From contig OY759724.1 of assembly GCA_963662715.1 (NCBI GenBank), positions 1,754,662 through 1,818,661 of the forward strand: 64,000 nucleotides of DNA, in the 5' to 3' direction. A model generated the notes under the pieces. The model saw nothing but the letters and a program-made list of their open reading frames with translations. It was not told the origin of the DNA and ran no database searches. The first letter of the stretch is position 1. The number at the start of each line of letters is the position of its first letter. Shown piece after piece: positions 47,197-57,059 of this stretch. This DNA is from Candidatus Omnitrophota bacterium (GTDB lineage Bacteria; Omnitrophota; Gorgyraeia; Zapsychrales; JANLHA01). A program made the translations under genes and the position numbers.

Positions 47197-47329
47197 GTTC
47201 GTGCTTTCTCATTCTTGCGAGAGGTTCGTTTTTTTCCTCTTGTGGCCGGAACAACGAGGCGCCAATCCCTCCCGATGTCTACGGGGAGGGATTTACTTTT
47301 TTTAAAATGATTATTTAATATTTACGTGA

Positions 47330-48115
47330 GTGTCTAGATACCATAAAAAAACATTAATTTACGGCTTCATTATCCTCAGTGTCGTTTTGTTGTTTTTCCT
47401 CCCCTCCCGTTTTGTTGCGCCCTTGAAATTCAAAATCATTGAAGGCACGTCTTTGCCGGTACGCATTATTTCGATCCCGTTGCTGGAACTGAAAAAGATG
47501 GTTTTTTATCACAAAACACATGCCGACTATGTCAAGCTGAGGAAAGATTATAACACGTTAAAGGCCCGTCTGGTCGGCATGGAAGAGGTTGTCCTTGAAA
47601 ACAATCGGTTGGAGAAACTGCTGAAATTCAAGCGCAGTCTGGTTTATTCATCTATCGGGGCCAGTGTCGTTGGCCGGGATCCCTCCAATTGGAATGAGAC
47701 CGTTATTATTGATAAGGGAACGAGCGCCGGGGTTGATGTCGGGATGCCGGTTGTGAATGCCCAGGGGGTCGTCGGAAAAGTTGCAGAAGTGAGCGAAAAG
47801 AAAAGCAAGGTGATCCTTTTGACAGACCCGGGATTCGGCTCGGCCGCGCTGGTGAAGCGTTCCCGGGAAACGGGACTTATTTCCGGAACCCTCCAAGGCC
47901 TCTGCCGTATGCGTTATCTGTCAGCCGACGCTGATGTGAAAATAGGAGATCAGGTCATTACGTCTAAGCTCAGCTCTTCTTTCCCGGAAGGATTGCTGGT
48001 GGGAGAAGTCATCGCCGTTTATCGTAAAAAGAACAAGCTTTCCCTGGATTGTATTATCCAGCCGGCCGTCCCTTTGTCCCAGATAGAAGAGGTTCTGGTT
48101 ATCCAGACACGCTAA
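47330..48115 (+). CDS. mreC: rod shape-determining protein MreC
   Basis: N-terminal TM, then coiled coil, then a beta domain (GLPVVNAQGVVGKV). Sits in mreB-mreC-mreD order. Confidence 0.75.
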   Translation: MSRYHKKTLIYGFIILSVVLLFFLPSRFVAPLKFKIIEGTSLPVRIISIPLLELKKMVFYHKTHADYVKLRKDYNTLKARLVGMEEVVLENNRLEKLLKFKRSLVYSSIGASVVGRDPSNWNETVIIDKGTSAGVDVGMPVVNAQGVVGKVAEVSEKKSKVILLTDPGFGSAALVKRSRETGLISGTLQGLCRMRYLSADADVKIGDQVITSKLSSSFPEGLLVGEVIAVYRKKNKLSLDCIIQPAVPLSQIEEVLVIQTR

Positions 48116-48117
48116 TT

Positions 48118-48603
48118 ATGTATCTTATTGCCATTATATTAGGACTGGTTTTTGCCACTTTTGTCATAGAATGTGCGCTAGCTCAATTGATGAGTTACGC
48201 TTATATTCCTAATTTGCTTATTATCCTTATTGTTTTTTTCAACCTGTACCGGGGGACTCGTTACAGTCTGACAGCCGCGATCTTTGCCGGAGTGTTTAAA
48301 GACAGTTTTAGCGCCGGGCCTTTTGGCTTGTATACATTCTCATTTATCATTGCGGCATTTCTCTCGACGTTATTTAAGATGTACATTTATCAGACAGGCT
48401 CAATGCCCTCCCGCGTTTTTCTGGTCTGCGTCGTTACGACCGGTTACGTCACCACGTTTTGGGTCGTGCAGCTTATGTTTACGTCTTTAACTTTTCCATC
48501 GGTCTTTTTCCATATTTTCGTTCCGGAAGTCGGTTTAACAACTCTCATAGCTCCTTTGGCTTTTAAGAAATATCGGCAATGCGCGTTAAGATTATTCGCA
48601 TAA
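48118..48603 (+). CDS. mreD: rod shape-determining protein MreD
   Basis: Small polytopic protein immediately after mreC. Confidence 0.55.
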   Translation: MYLIAIILGLVFATFVIECALAQLMSYAYIPNLLIILIVFFNLYRGTRYSLTAAIFAGVFKDSFSAGPFGLYTFSFIIAAFLSTLFKMYIYQTGSMPSRVFLVCVVTTGYVTTFWVVQLMFTSLTFPSVFFHIFVPEVGLTTLIAPLAFKKYRQCALRLFA

Positions 48604-50294
48604 TTCTTTTTTTGGGTTTGCTCTGCGTGAGCTTAGACCTGATCTATATTCAGGGTATCCGGGGGAGTTTTTATTTTCACCAAAGTGTCAATAACCGCAT
48701 CAGGGTTATCCCGATGGAGGGCATCCGCGGCCGTATCCTTGACTGTAACGGAATTGTTCTGGCGGATAACCGTTTGTCTTTTAACGTGGCGGTTATCCCG
48801 CAGGATATTAAAGAAAATGAGAAAGTCTTCCATTATTTAAGCCAGGTTTTAAATGTAAAAAAGAAAAAATTGCTGCAGCAGTATTATCAGAAAAAACTGG
48901 CTCCTTTTGCTCCCGTCGTTGTGGCGGAGGATGTTGACAAGCGCGTCGCGATGATCCTGGAAGAGAACCGTTTCCGCTTCCCGGGCCTTTACGTTCAGGA
49001 GCATTACCGGAGGTCTTATAACCTCAAAGAGATCGGCGCGCATATCCTGGGGCATGTGGGAAAAATTAACCGGATCAGGATGGAGAAATTGAAAGATTAC
49101 GGTTACACGCCTTTGAGTGTCGTCGGTTATTCCGGCGTGGAAGAATACTATGATAATTATCTGAAAGGGCAGGAGGGCGGCCAGCAAATTGAAGTGAACA
49201 ACCGGGGGCAACAGGTCAGGCTGCTCAGTATCCGGGAGCCGGAAAGCGGACAGGATGTCCAGTTGACTATTGATGCCCGTATCCAGCAACTTGCCCAGGA
49301 AAGCCTTACGGGACGGAACGGGGCCATTGTCATCATGGATTTTGACAGCGGAGCTATTTTGGGTATGGTGAGTTCGCCCTCTTATGATCCCAATATTTTT
49401 GTCGATAATCGTCTGAAGAAAAAGATAAGCTGGGCCATGACAGATTCTTCGTCCCCTCTTCTTAACCGGGTGATACAAGGTCAGTATCCTCCCGGGTCGA
49501 TTTTTAAAACGATTGTCACCATTACCGGCTTGGCCCATAAAAAAATCAGCCGTCACACGAGCTTTAACTGCCCGGGTTATTATGCTTTGGGCCGGAGGAA
49601 GTTCCGCTGCGCGCACGTCCACGGTTCGCAGAATCTGATCCAAGGCATTGCCCACTCATGTAACGTTTATTTTTTCAACGTCGGTTTGCTTGTCGGCCCG
49701 GATTTGCTGCATAAATATGCCAGACTGCTGGGGCTGGGGCAGCTTACCAATGTCGATTTGCCGGCGGAAGAAAAGGGTTTTGTCCCGAGCCGCAGGCAAA
49801 GGAAGATTAAGAATCCGCAGGGCTGGTTTAAGGGCGACACCTTGAATTATTCCATCGGACAGGGAGAAGTCCTGGTCACGCCTCTGCAAATAACGCGTCT
49901 TATGACGACGATCGGCAGGGGGGGCAAGGAAGTCCAGCCTTTTTTAATAAAGAAGATCGGAGACCAGGATATTGTTCAATTTTCAACGATCAGGATTATC
50001 AATGTCGACCCGAAGATTTTTGACACGCTCCAAGAGGGGTTAAAGGAGGTTGTCAAGGACCCCTACGGCACGGGACGGCTTTTGGATATGCCTGATTTTG
50101 AAATTTCAGGAAAGACCGGAACCGCGCAGTCCATTCCCGGCCATGAGGACCACGGATGGTTCGCTGGCTATAATCTAAAAGGAAAAAGACGCATATCTTT
50201 TTGTGTTTTTCTGGAATTCGGCGGTTCCAGCTATAATGCCGTTGTTATTGCCCGGGAATTATTACAGCGACTAAGGCAGGAAAATATTCTGTAG
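48579..50294 (+). CDS. mrdA: penicillin-binding protein 2 (elongasome transpeptidase)
   Basis: SxxK (SIFK), SxN (SCN) and KTG (KTGTA) transpeptidase motifs. N-terminal TM and dimerisation domain. Confidence 0.85.
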   Translation: MRVKIIRIILFLGLLCVSLDLIYIQGIRGSFYFHQSVNNRIRVIPMEGIRGRILDCNGIVLADNRLSFNVAVIPQDIKENEKVFHYLSQVLNVKKKKLLQQYYQKKLAPFAPVVVAEDVDKRVAMILEENRFRFPGLYVQEHYRRSYNLKEIGAHILGHVGKINRIRMEKLKDYGYTPLSVVGYSGVEEYYDNYLKGQEGGQQIEVNNRGQQVRLLSIREPESGQDVQLTIDARIQQLAQESLTGRNGAIVIMDFDSGAILGMVSSPSYDPNIFVDNRLKKKISWAMTDSSSPLLNRVIQGQYPPGSIFKTIVTITGLAHKKISRHTSFNCPGYYALGRRKFRCAHVHGSQNLIQGIAHSCNVYFFNVGLLVGPDLLHKYARLLGLGQLTNVDLPAEEKGFVPSRRQRKIKNPQGWFKGDTLNYSIGQGEVLVTPLQITRLMTTIGRGGKEVQPFLIKKIGDQDIVQFSTIRIINVDPKIFDTLQEGLKEVVKDPYGTGRLLDMPDFEISGKTGTAQSIPGHEDHGWFAGYNLKGKRRISFCVFLEFGGSSYNAVVIARELLQRLRQENIL

Positions 50295-50353
50295 AAGGGA
50301 TGATCGACCGTCATAGGTCCCTTGGCCATTTTTTATAAGGAGCGAGGAAGTTT

Positions 50354-51460
50354 ATGCGCAGGGATTTGGGTTTTATTATTCTGTTATTCACCATTATCAT
50401 TATCGCTATTGGTTTGGTCTGTCTTTACAGCGCGTCCTACCAGAATGTCCGGGTGTCCCATAAGGTTTTTTATGATCAGCTGGTCCTTTCCATTGCCGGG
50501 GTTTTCTTGCTGATTTATTTGAGCCAGCTTGATTACCGGAGATTTTATGACCTGGCTTATTTTTTTTACGGCGGAAGTGTTCTTCTGCTTATTTTGGTTT
50601 TAATCGGCGGACGTCACGCCTTGGGCGCCCAGAGATGGTTTACTGTCGCGGGCATCAGTTTTCAGCCGTCGGAATTGGCCAAGCTGACGTTAATCCTGGG
50701 TCTGGGACGATATTTCAGTGACCGTCGTTCTGCTCTTTCCGTCAGGCCACGGGATCATTTCGGGGTTTTATGGCACGATCTTTTTATCCCTTTATGCCTG
50801 ACACTCGTTCCGATGGTTCTTATTTTCAAGCAGCCGGATTTGGGGACAGCACTTTTGTTTTTTGGTATTTTTATATTTATGCTGTTTGCCAGCGGGCTGC
50901 GGTACCGGTATGTCCTCGGCTTCCTTTTCCTCTGTTTATCGGTTCTGCCGTTTGGCTGGAACATTATTAAGCCGTATCAAAAGGACCGGCTGCTTGTATT
51001 CCTGAACCCCAATATCGATCCTTTAGGAGCCGGATACACAATCATTCAGTCCAAGATCGCGGTCGGTTCGGGGCGGCTCTGGGGCAAAGGCTGGTTAGCC
51101 GGGACGCAGAATCAGCTCAATTTCCTTCCCGAAAGGCATACGGACTTTATTTTTTCCGTCATTGGAGAAGAGTGGGGGCTTTTCGGAACGTTGATTTTGT
51201 TGCTGTGTTATGCGGTTATTATTCATGCCGGATTAAAAGTCGCGGAACAAGTCAAGGACCGGTTTGGGATGCAAATTGCGGTGGGGATCATTGGCATCTT
51301 TTCATTACAGGTCTTAATTAATATCGGGATGGTTCTGGGGATGTGTCCTGTGGTCGGGTTGACCTTGCCTCTTATCAGTTACGGCCGGTCCTCTTTTCTG
51401 GTGTCCTTGATTATGATCGGTATACTATTGAACTTAAGTAAGCGGCGGACTATCTTTTAG
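50354..51460 (+). CDS. rodA: SEDS family peptidoglycan polymerase RodA
   Basis: 10-TM FtsW/RodA family. Adjacent to mrdA. Confidence 0.85.
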   Translation: MRRDLGFIILLFTIIIIAIGLVCLYSASYQNVRVSHKVFYDQLVLSIAGVFLLIYLSQLDYRRFYDLAYFFYGGSVLLLILVLIGGRHALGAQRWFTVAGISFQPSELAKLTLILGLGRYFSDRRSALSVRPRDHFGVLWHDLFIPLCLTLVPMVLIFKQPDLGTALLFFGIFIFMLFASGLRYRYVLGFLFLCLSVLPFGWNIIKPYQKDRLLVFLNPNIDPLGAGYTIIQSKIAVGSGRLWGKGWLAGTQNQLNFLPERHTDFIFSVIGEEWGLFGTLILLLCYAVIIHAGLKVAEQVKDRFGMQIAVGIIGIFSLQVLINIGMVLGMCPVVGLTLPLISYGRSSFLVSLIMIGILLNLSKRRTIF

Positions 51461-51634
51461 GTTAAACGGAGACAGTCGGCAGAAACCGGAAGCGGAGAAA
51501 TCTTGTCTTGCGGGGCAATTCATTATAAATTATATATATAAATAAGATAATCTGTTGTATAATAGGCCAAAATTCTTATAGCTAAAAGACAGAATAAAAA
51601 AAGATATAAAATTTTGTGATGAATTCCAGATGAA

Positions 51635-52093
51635 TTGAAGAATATGAAAGACTACAAACGGACATCCAATAAACATTTAGGTGAATTACTCGTTGAGAAG
51701 GGTGTTATCGACCGGGAACAGGTCGCCATGGCCATGGCTTATCAAAATGAGAATGGCGGTCTTATCGGCGAGATCTTAGTTGAATTGAAATTCGCCACCG
51801 AAGAAGACATCGCTCAAGCCCTTACCTGCCAATATGGATTCCCCTACCTGCCCTTATCGAACTATGAAATCGATCAAGAAGTCATTAACGCCGTCCCGGA
51901 GAACGTCTGCCAGAAGAATTGTCTTATCCCCATTGATAAGATCGGAAAAAGTTTGACCGTGGCCATGTCCAATCCTTTAAATCAAACAGCTGTCGAGGAT
52001 ATTGAAATGCTGACCGGTTGCAGTGTGCAAACCTTTGTGTCAACGACAAGCGATATCAAAGAAGCTATCAAAAAATACTACAGTATAGTTTAA
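51635..52093 (+). CDS. standalone GspE/PilB N-terminal domain (T2SSE_N) protein
   Basis: Two T2SSE_N-like repeats (LGELLVEKGVIDREQVAMA...IPID...LTVAMSNPLN). Confidence 0.55.
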   Translation: MKNMKDYKRTSNKHLGELLVEKGVIDREQVAMAMAYQNENGGLIGEILVELKFATEEDIAQALTCQYGFPYLPLSNYEIDQEVINAVPENVCQKNCLIPIDKIGKSLTVAMSNPLNQTAVEDIEMLTGCSVQTFVSTTSDIKEAIKKYYSIV

Positions 52094-52100
52094 GGACCCT

Positions 52101-53837
52101 ATGTTTTCCTTAAAAGAGCGATTACAAGAAATCCTTCTGCGAGATAACATTATTAAGCAGGAAGATTTAGACAGGGCTTTACAAGAACAAAAGAAATCCG
52201 GCGGTGATCTGAGTAAAGTCCTGGTGGAGTTAAATCTTATTGGCGAGGATGACTTAACGCATATTCTCAGTGAAGGCTTGGGCCTCCCCCCGATTGACAT
52301 ATCCCGGCTGACAATCGACCCCAATGTCGTTAAGCTTATTCCCCAGGAAGTCGCTGTCAAGTACCAGATTATGCCTATTTCCAAAATGGGCGGGAATCTG
52401 ACGTTGGCGATGGCGGATCCGTTGAACATTTTTATTATTGATGATGTCAAAACCTTAACGGGGCTGAACATTACACCTATTATTGCCAGGTCCACACAGC
52501 TTCAGCAGGCGATTGAGCATTGTTATACGAATGAGGGTGAGTCTGCCGAAACACTGGAAAGCATTATTAAGGATATGCGTGATGCCGAGGAACTGGAGTT
52601 GGTGAAGGATCTGGAAGGGGACGGGGAGAAAGTATCCGTTGAAGATATTACCCAGGATGCCCCGATGATCAAGCTCACGGATACGATCATCCAGCAGGCT
52701 GTTATGGCCAAGGCCAGTGACGTTTTTATTGAGCCCTTGGAAAAAACGCTTCGTATCCGTTACCGTGTGGACGGGATTATCCGGGAAATTGATCAGATGT
52801 CGAAGGCGTTGCATCTTCCGATCATTTCCCGTATTAAAGTCATTTCCAACCTGGATATTTCCGAAAGGCGGGTTCCTCAGGACGGGAGATTCCGGACGAT
52901 CCTTTCCGGAAACAGGGAAGTGGATTTCCGCGTGAACGTTTTGCCGACTGTTTTCGGGGAAAAGATCGTTTTGCGTGTTCTGGATAAATCGGCCGGGATG
53001 GTCGATATCGCCCAGCTGGGTTTTCAGCCGGCGGACCTGAAGAGGCTCCAGGAATGCTCCCAGAAACCGCACGGGATGATTTTGTCCTGCGGTCCGACGG
53101 GCAGCGGGAAAACGACAACACTATATTCTATTTTGAAATTTGTGGACTCCCCGGGCAAAAACATCGTGACCGTTGAAGATCCTGTGGAATATCAGATGGT
53201 CGGGATGAATCAGGTGAACGTTAAGCCTTCGGTGGGCCTGAGTTTCGCTTCGACGTTACGTTCTATTTTGCGCCAGGACCCGGATGTGATCATGATCGGA
53301 GAAATCCGGGAGAGGGAAACCCTGGATATCGCTGTTAAGGCCGCGTTGACCGGGCATCTTGTCGTCAGTTCTTTGCATACCACGACCGCCCCAGGCTCTG
53401 TGATCCGTATGGTGAATATGGGCGTTGAACCTTTCCTTATCTGTTCTTCTGTTATTGCCATTGTCGGCCAGAGATTATTAAGAAGGATCTGTCCGAAATG
53501 CAAACAGGAGAACGTGGTGTCAAAGGAAATGGCCGATAAATTAGGCCTCCAGACAAAAGGGCAGAAGGGAGAGTTGACCCTTTTTCGCGGCAAAGGTTGT
53601 AAAAACTGTTTGAACACAGGGTACAAGGGCCGGGTGGGGATCGCGGAAGTCCTGGTCCTGACCCCCAAGGTCCGGAAGGAAATTTTACAGCATTCCGGGG
53701 AACTGCAGATCAAAATGACCGGGAGAAAAGAAGGTATGACGACCATGCGGGAAGATGCCGTGGCCAAAGCTTTGGCGGGTTTGACAACGATGGAAGAAGT
53801 GTTGCGGGTGACGGCCCCCGATGAGCCGCTGCCGTAA
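52101..53837 (+). CDS. pilB: type IV pilus assembly ATPase PilB / GspE family
   Basis: Walker A GPTGSGKTTT. Asp and His boxes. Tetracysteine CPKC...CKNC. N-terminal T2SSE_N repeats. Confidence 0.85.
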   Translation: MFSLKERLQEILLRDNIIKQEDLDRALQEQKKSGGDLSKVLVELNLIGEDDLTHILSEGLGLPPIDISRLTIDPNVVKLIPQEVAVKYQIMPISKMGGNLTLAMADPLNIFIIDDVKTLTGLNITPIIARSTQLQQAIEHCYTNEGESAETLESIIKDMRDAEELELVKDLEGDGEKVSVEDITQDAPMIKLTDTIIQQAVMAKASDVFIEPLEKTLRIRYRVDGIIREIDQMSKALHLPIISRIKVISNLDISERRVPQDGRFRTILSGNREVDFRVNVLPTVFGEKIVLRVLDKSAGMVDIAQLGFQPADLKRLQECSQKPHGMILSCGPTGSGKTTTLYSILKFVDSPGKNIVTVEDPVEYQMVGMNQVNVKPSVGLSFASTLRSILRQDPDVIMIGEIRERETLDIAVKAALTGHLVVSSLHTTTAPGSVIRMVNMGVEPFLICSSVIAIVGQRLLRRICPKCKQENVVSKEMADKLGLQTKGQKGELTLFRGKGCKNCLNTGYKGRVGIAEVLVLTPKVRKEILQHSGELQIKMTGRKEGMTTMREDAVAKALAGLTTMEEVLRVTAPDEPLP

Positions 53838-53917
53838 CCCGATACGGAAAGCAAATACATACACCATGCCGGGCACACGACGTCCCCCCTTCGGGGACGC
53901 GGATCCGCCCATAAAAA

Positions 53918-55636
53918 TTGTCAGATATGTCACAACCACTTAAGACAAAGATTATTCAAACGCTGATAGAGTCGCTCAATATTAAAAAAGAGGACCTGAA
54001 CGAGGCGATGGAGCTGCAGAAAAGCAAGAACATCAGCCTGGACAGGGCTTTGATTGAGAAAGGCCTTATCAAAGAAGAAGACCTGATGGTCCTGCTTGTC
54101 CGGGAACTTCATATCCCTTTTATTAATTTAAAAAAATACAAGATCGACCTTTCTTTAAAAGAGGTTATCCCCGAACGGGTCGCCCGGCAATACCGTATAA
54201 TTCCTCTTTCCCAAATGGAAAAGACTATTACGATTGCGATGTCTGATCCCTTAAATATCTTTGCCATTGATGATCTCAAGAATCTGACGGGCAAGGATGT
54301 GGACGTTGTCATGAGCACGGAATCAGATATTATGAATACGATCGAAAGTTATTATGGCGGGAAGATTTCCAGTTCGGTCCAGGACGTCAGTAAGGATATC
54401 GACGTGGGGGGGCTGGAAATTATTTCTGACAGTGAGCTGATTGAGGGTGCGGAGATCGCCGCTGATGAAGGGGAGCAGGCGCCCATTATCCGGCTTGTGA
54501 ACCTTGTCATCCGGGAAGCCATAAAACAGCGGGCTTCGGATATTCATATCGAGCCGATGCTCGACAGCATGCGCGTCCGTTACCGTATCGACGGGACTCT
54601 TGTGAACGCCATGAAAATCCCCAAAGACAATCAAAATGCCATTATCGTCCGTGTCAAGATCATGTCCCGCCTGGATATTACGGCCACCCAGGTGCCGCAG
54701 GACGGCCGTTTTAAAATGCGGGTCGCCAACCAGGAAGTGGATTTCCGCGTGTCTCTTTTGCCGACGACTTTCGGGCAGAAAATTGTCATGCGCGTCCTTG
54801 ATAAAAAGAATCTGCGTGTCGGGCTGGACGGTCTTGGTTTCTCAGAGGCGTCGATCGAGAAGCTTAAAGATGCCATTGCGCAACCTTTTGGCATGATCCT
54901 CGTGACAGGTCCTACGGGGAGCGGGAAATCGACAACCCTGTATTCGATTATCAATGAGTTGAATCAGGTTGATAAGAATATTATTACTGTCGAAGACCCG
55001 GTTGAATATGTCGTTGATGGTTTGACGCAGATTCAGGTTAAAGCGGATATCGGATTGACTTTCGCGGAAGGCTTAAAGGCGATCCTCCGGCAGAGTCCGG
55101 ATATTGTTATGGTCGGGGAAATCCGTGATTTTGAGACGGCGGACATCGCTATTAAGGCGTCGTTAACGGGGCAAATGGTTTACTCGACGCTGCATACCAA
55201 TGATGCTCCGGGGGCGTTAACGCGTTTGGTTGATATGGGCGTAGAGCCTTTTTTGGTGTCCTCGAGTCTGGTGCTGGTCTGCGCACAAAGACTTTGCCGT
55301 AAAATATGCCGGCACTGTAAAGAACCTGTCACGATCCCGGATAAAGTTTTGCAGGAGTTGGGCATCCCGGTGAAAAAAGGACAGATTTTTTATCAGGGAA
55401 AAGGTTGCGATGGCTGCCGGCAAACAGGTTTTTTCGGAAGAATAGGCGTTACAGAAATGATGCCGTTGGACGATCATATCCGGGAGCTGCTGATTATGGG
55501 GAAGTCTTCCGATGAAATTAAGAACTATGCCAGGGAAAAAATGGGAATGCTGACATTGTGGGAAGACGGCGTGCAGAAATTTCTGCAGGGGGAGACAACA
55601 TTGGATGAGGTCCTGAGGATCAGCTCCAGCGATTAA
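53918..55636 (+). CDS. second PilB/GspE-family secretion ATPase (paralog)
   Basis: Walker A GPTGSGKSTT. CRHC...CDGC. Same architecture as the upstream gene. Confidence 0.85.
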   Translation: MSDMSQPLKTKIIQTLIESLNIKKEDLNEAMELQKSKNISLDRALIEKGLIKEEDLMVLLVRELHIPFINLKKYKIDLSLKEVIPERVARQYRIIPLSQMEKTITIAMSDPLNIFAIDDLKNLTGKDVDVVMSTESDIMNTIESYYGGKISSSVQDVSKDIDVGGLEIISDSELIEGAEIAADEGEQAPIIRLVNLVIREAIKQRASDIHIEPMLDSMRVRYRIDGTLVNAMKIPKDNQNAIIVRVKIMSRLDITATQVPQDGRFKMRVANQEVDFRVSLLPTTFGQKIVMRVLDKKNLRVGLDGLGFSEASIEKLKDAIAQPFGMILVTGPTGSGKSTTLYSIINELNQVDKNIITVEDPVEYVVDGLTQIQVKADIGLTFAEGLKAILRQSPDIVMVGEIRDFETADIAIKASLTGQMVYSTLHTNDAPGALTRLVDMGVEPFLVSSSLVLVCAQRLCRKICRHCKEPVTIPDKVLQELGIPVKKGQIFYQGKGCDGCRQTGFFGRIGVTEMMPLDDHIRELLIMGKSSDEIKNYAREKMGMLTLWEDGVQKFLQGETTLDEVLRISSSD

Positions 55637-55822
55637 TAATTATATTATCATTTATTGAAAATTTTTGGCAGCGGGCAGAAAAAATTTCTTATGCCGCAAT
55701 GAAAATATGCCCGACGTCGTATCGAATTTTAAAAAAACAAAAAAATTCCATGAAAGACTTTTTATCTCCCCCAAAATGATGTTATATTATGGGTGGATGA
55801 TTTTTACATAAGGACAGAAAAC

Positions 55823-57025
55823 ATGCCTACCTATAAATACGTAGCAAAAGACCAGTCGGCGCGTAATGTCGTTGGCAAAATTAACGCCGAAAGTCAGTCG
55901 TCTGTCATCGAGGAGCTGAGAAAACGGCAGCTCACCATTATCGATGTCAAAGAAGTAAAGTCGGGTACTTCCAAAGCCTATTTTGTCAGGAAATCCGTTA
56001 AGCCCGAAGATCTCGTCGTGTTCTCCCGGCAGTTATCGACCATGGTGGACGCCGGCATCCCCATATTGCAGGCCCTGGATGCTTTGCAGGAACAGATCAC
56101 ACAAGCCTATTTCCAATCTGTGGTGATCGCGGTCCGTGATGATATCCAGCTTGGCAGCAGTTTATCCGCCGCCTTTGCAAAACATCCCAAAGCGTTTGAT
56201 ACGCTCTTTGTTAATATGGTTAAAGTCGGTGAGACCGGCGGTGTTTTAAGCTCGATCCTGGACCGGATATCTTCTTACCTGGAAAAGACCTTAAAGTTGA
56301 AACGGAAAGTCAAATCCGCGTTAATATATCCCAGCGTTGTTATTTTTATGGCGGTTGTTATCACGGTTATTCTGCTTGTCAAAGTCGTCCCCACGTTTGC
56401 TTCCATTTATGATTCCTTCGACTCAGAGCTGCCGGCCATGACCCAGATGCTGATCAATGTCAGTGACCTGCTTAAACATAATTTATTGTATTTGCTGGGA
56501 GGGCTGGTGCTGTTTGGGATCCTGGTGACACGGGGGTATCACACCGATCGCGGTCGGGAAATTATTGATAGAGTGTCTTTACGCGTTCCTATCTTCGGCC
56601 CGCTCATCCGTAAAGTCGCCATCAGCCGTTTTAGCCGGACGTTGGCGACGTTATTGCAGACGGGCGTCCCGATCCTGGAATCCCTGGATATCGTTGGCCG
56701 GACCAGCGGGAACCGGGTCGTAGAAAATGTTATCGTGAATGTCAAAAATAACGTCCGGGAGGGGGAGAGTATCGCGACTCCTTTGGTGAAGAGCGGTGTG
56801 TTTCCTCCCATGGTGACGCGTATGATTTCTATCGGGGAAAAATCGGGCCAGTTGGAAAAAATGTTGGGTAAAATTGCTGATTTCTACGATGATCAAGTCG
56901 ATGCTGCCGTTGCCGGTTTAACGAGTATTATTGAACCCCTCATCATTGGTTTTCTTGGTATTGTCGTTGGTTTTATTGTTATCGCGTTATTTTTGCCGAT
57001 TATTAATATTACTCAGATTATTTAA
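55823..57025 (+). CDS. pilC: type IV pilus inner-membrane platform protein PilC (GspF family)
   Basis: Two T2SSF repeats. 3 TM segments. Confidence 0.85.
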   Translation: MPTYKYVAKDQSARNVVGKINAESQSSVIEELRKRQLTIIDVKEVKSGTSKAYFVRKSVKPEDLVVFSRQLSTMVDAGIPILQALDALQEQITQAYFQSVVIAVRDDIQLGSSLSAAFAKHPKAFDTLFVNMVKVGETGGVLSSILDRISSYLEKTLKLKRKVKSALIYPSVVIFMAVVITVILLVKVVPTFASIYDSFDSELPAMTQMLINVSDLLKHNLLYLLGGLVLFGILVTRGYHTDRGREIIDRVSLRVPIFGPLIRKVAISRFSRTLATLLQTGVPILESLDIVGRTSGNRVVENVIVNVKNNVREGESIATPLVKSGVFPPMVTRMISIGEKSGQLEKMLGKIADFYDDQVDAAVAGLTSIIEPLIIGFLGIVVGFIVIALFLPIINITQII

Positions 57026-57059
57026 ACCCAGTGTTCCGTCTCTGGAATTTTCTTAAATT

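Noticed and set aside
52455-55477. Several 60-200-aa antisense ORFs inside the pilB paralogs (e.g. 52455-53072, 53210-53878, 54323-54954)
   Set aside because: They lie opposite well-supported ATPase genes with Walker motifs and have no RBS or domain signatures.
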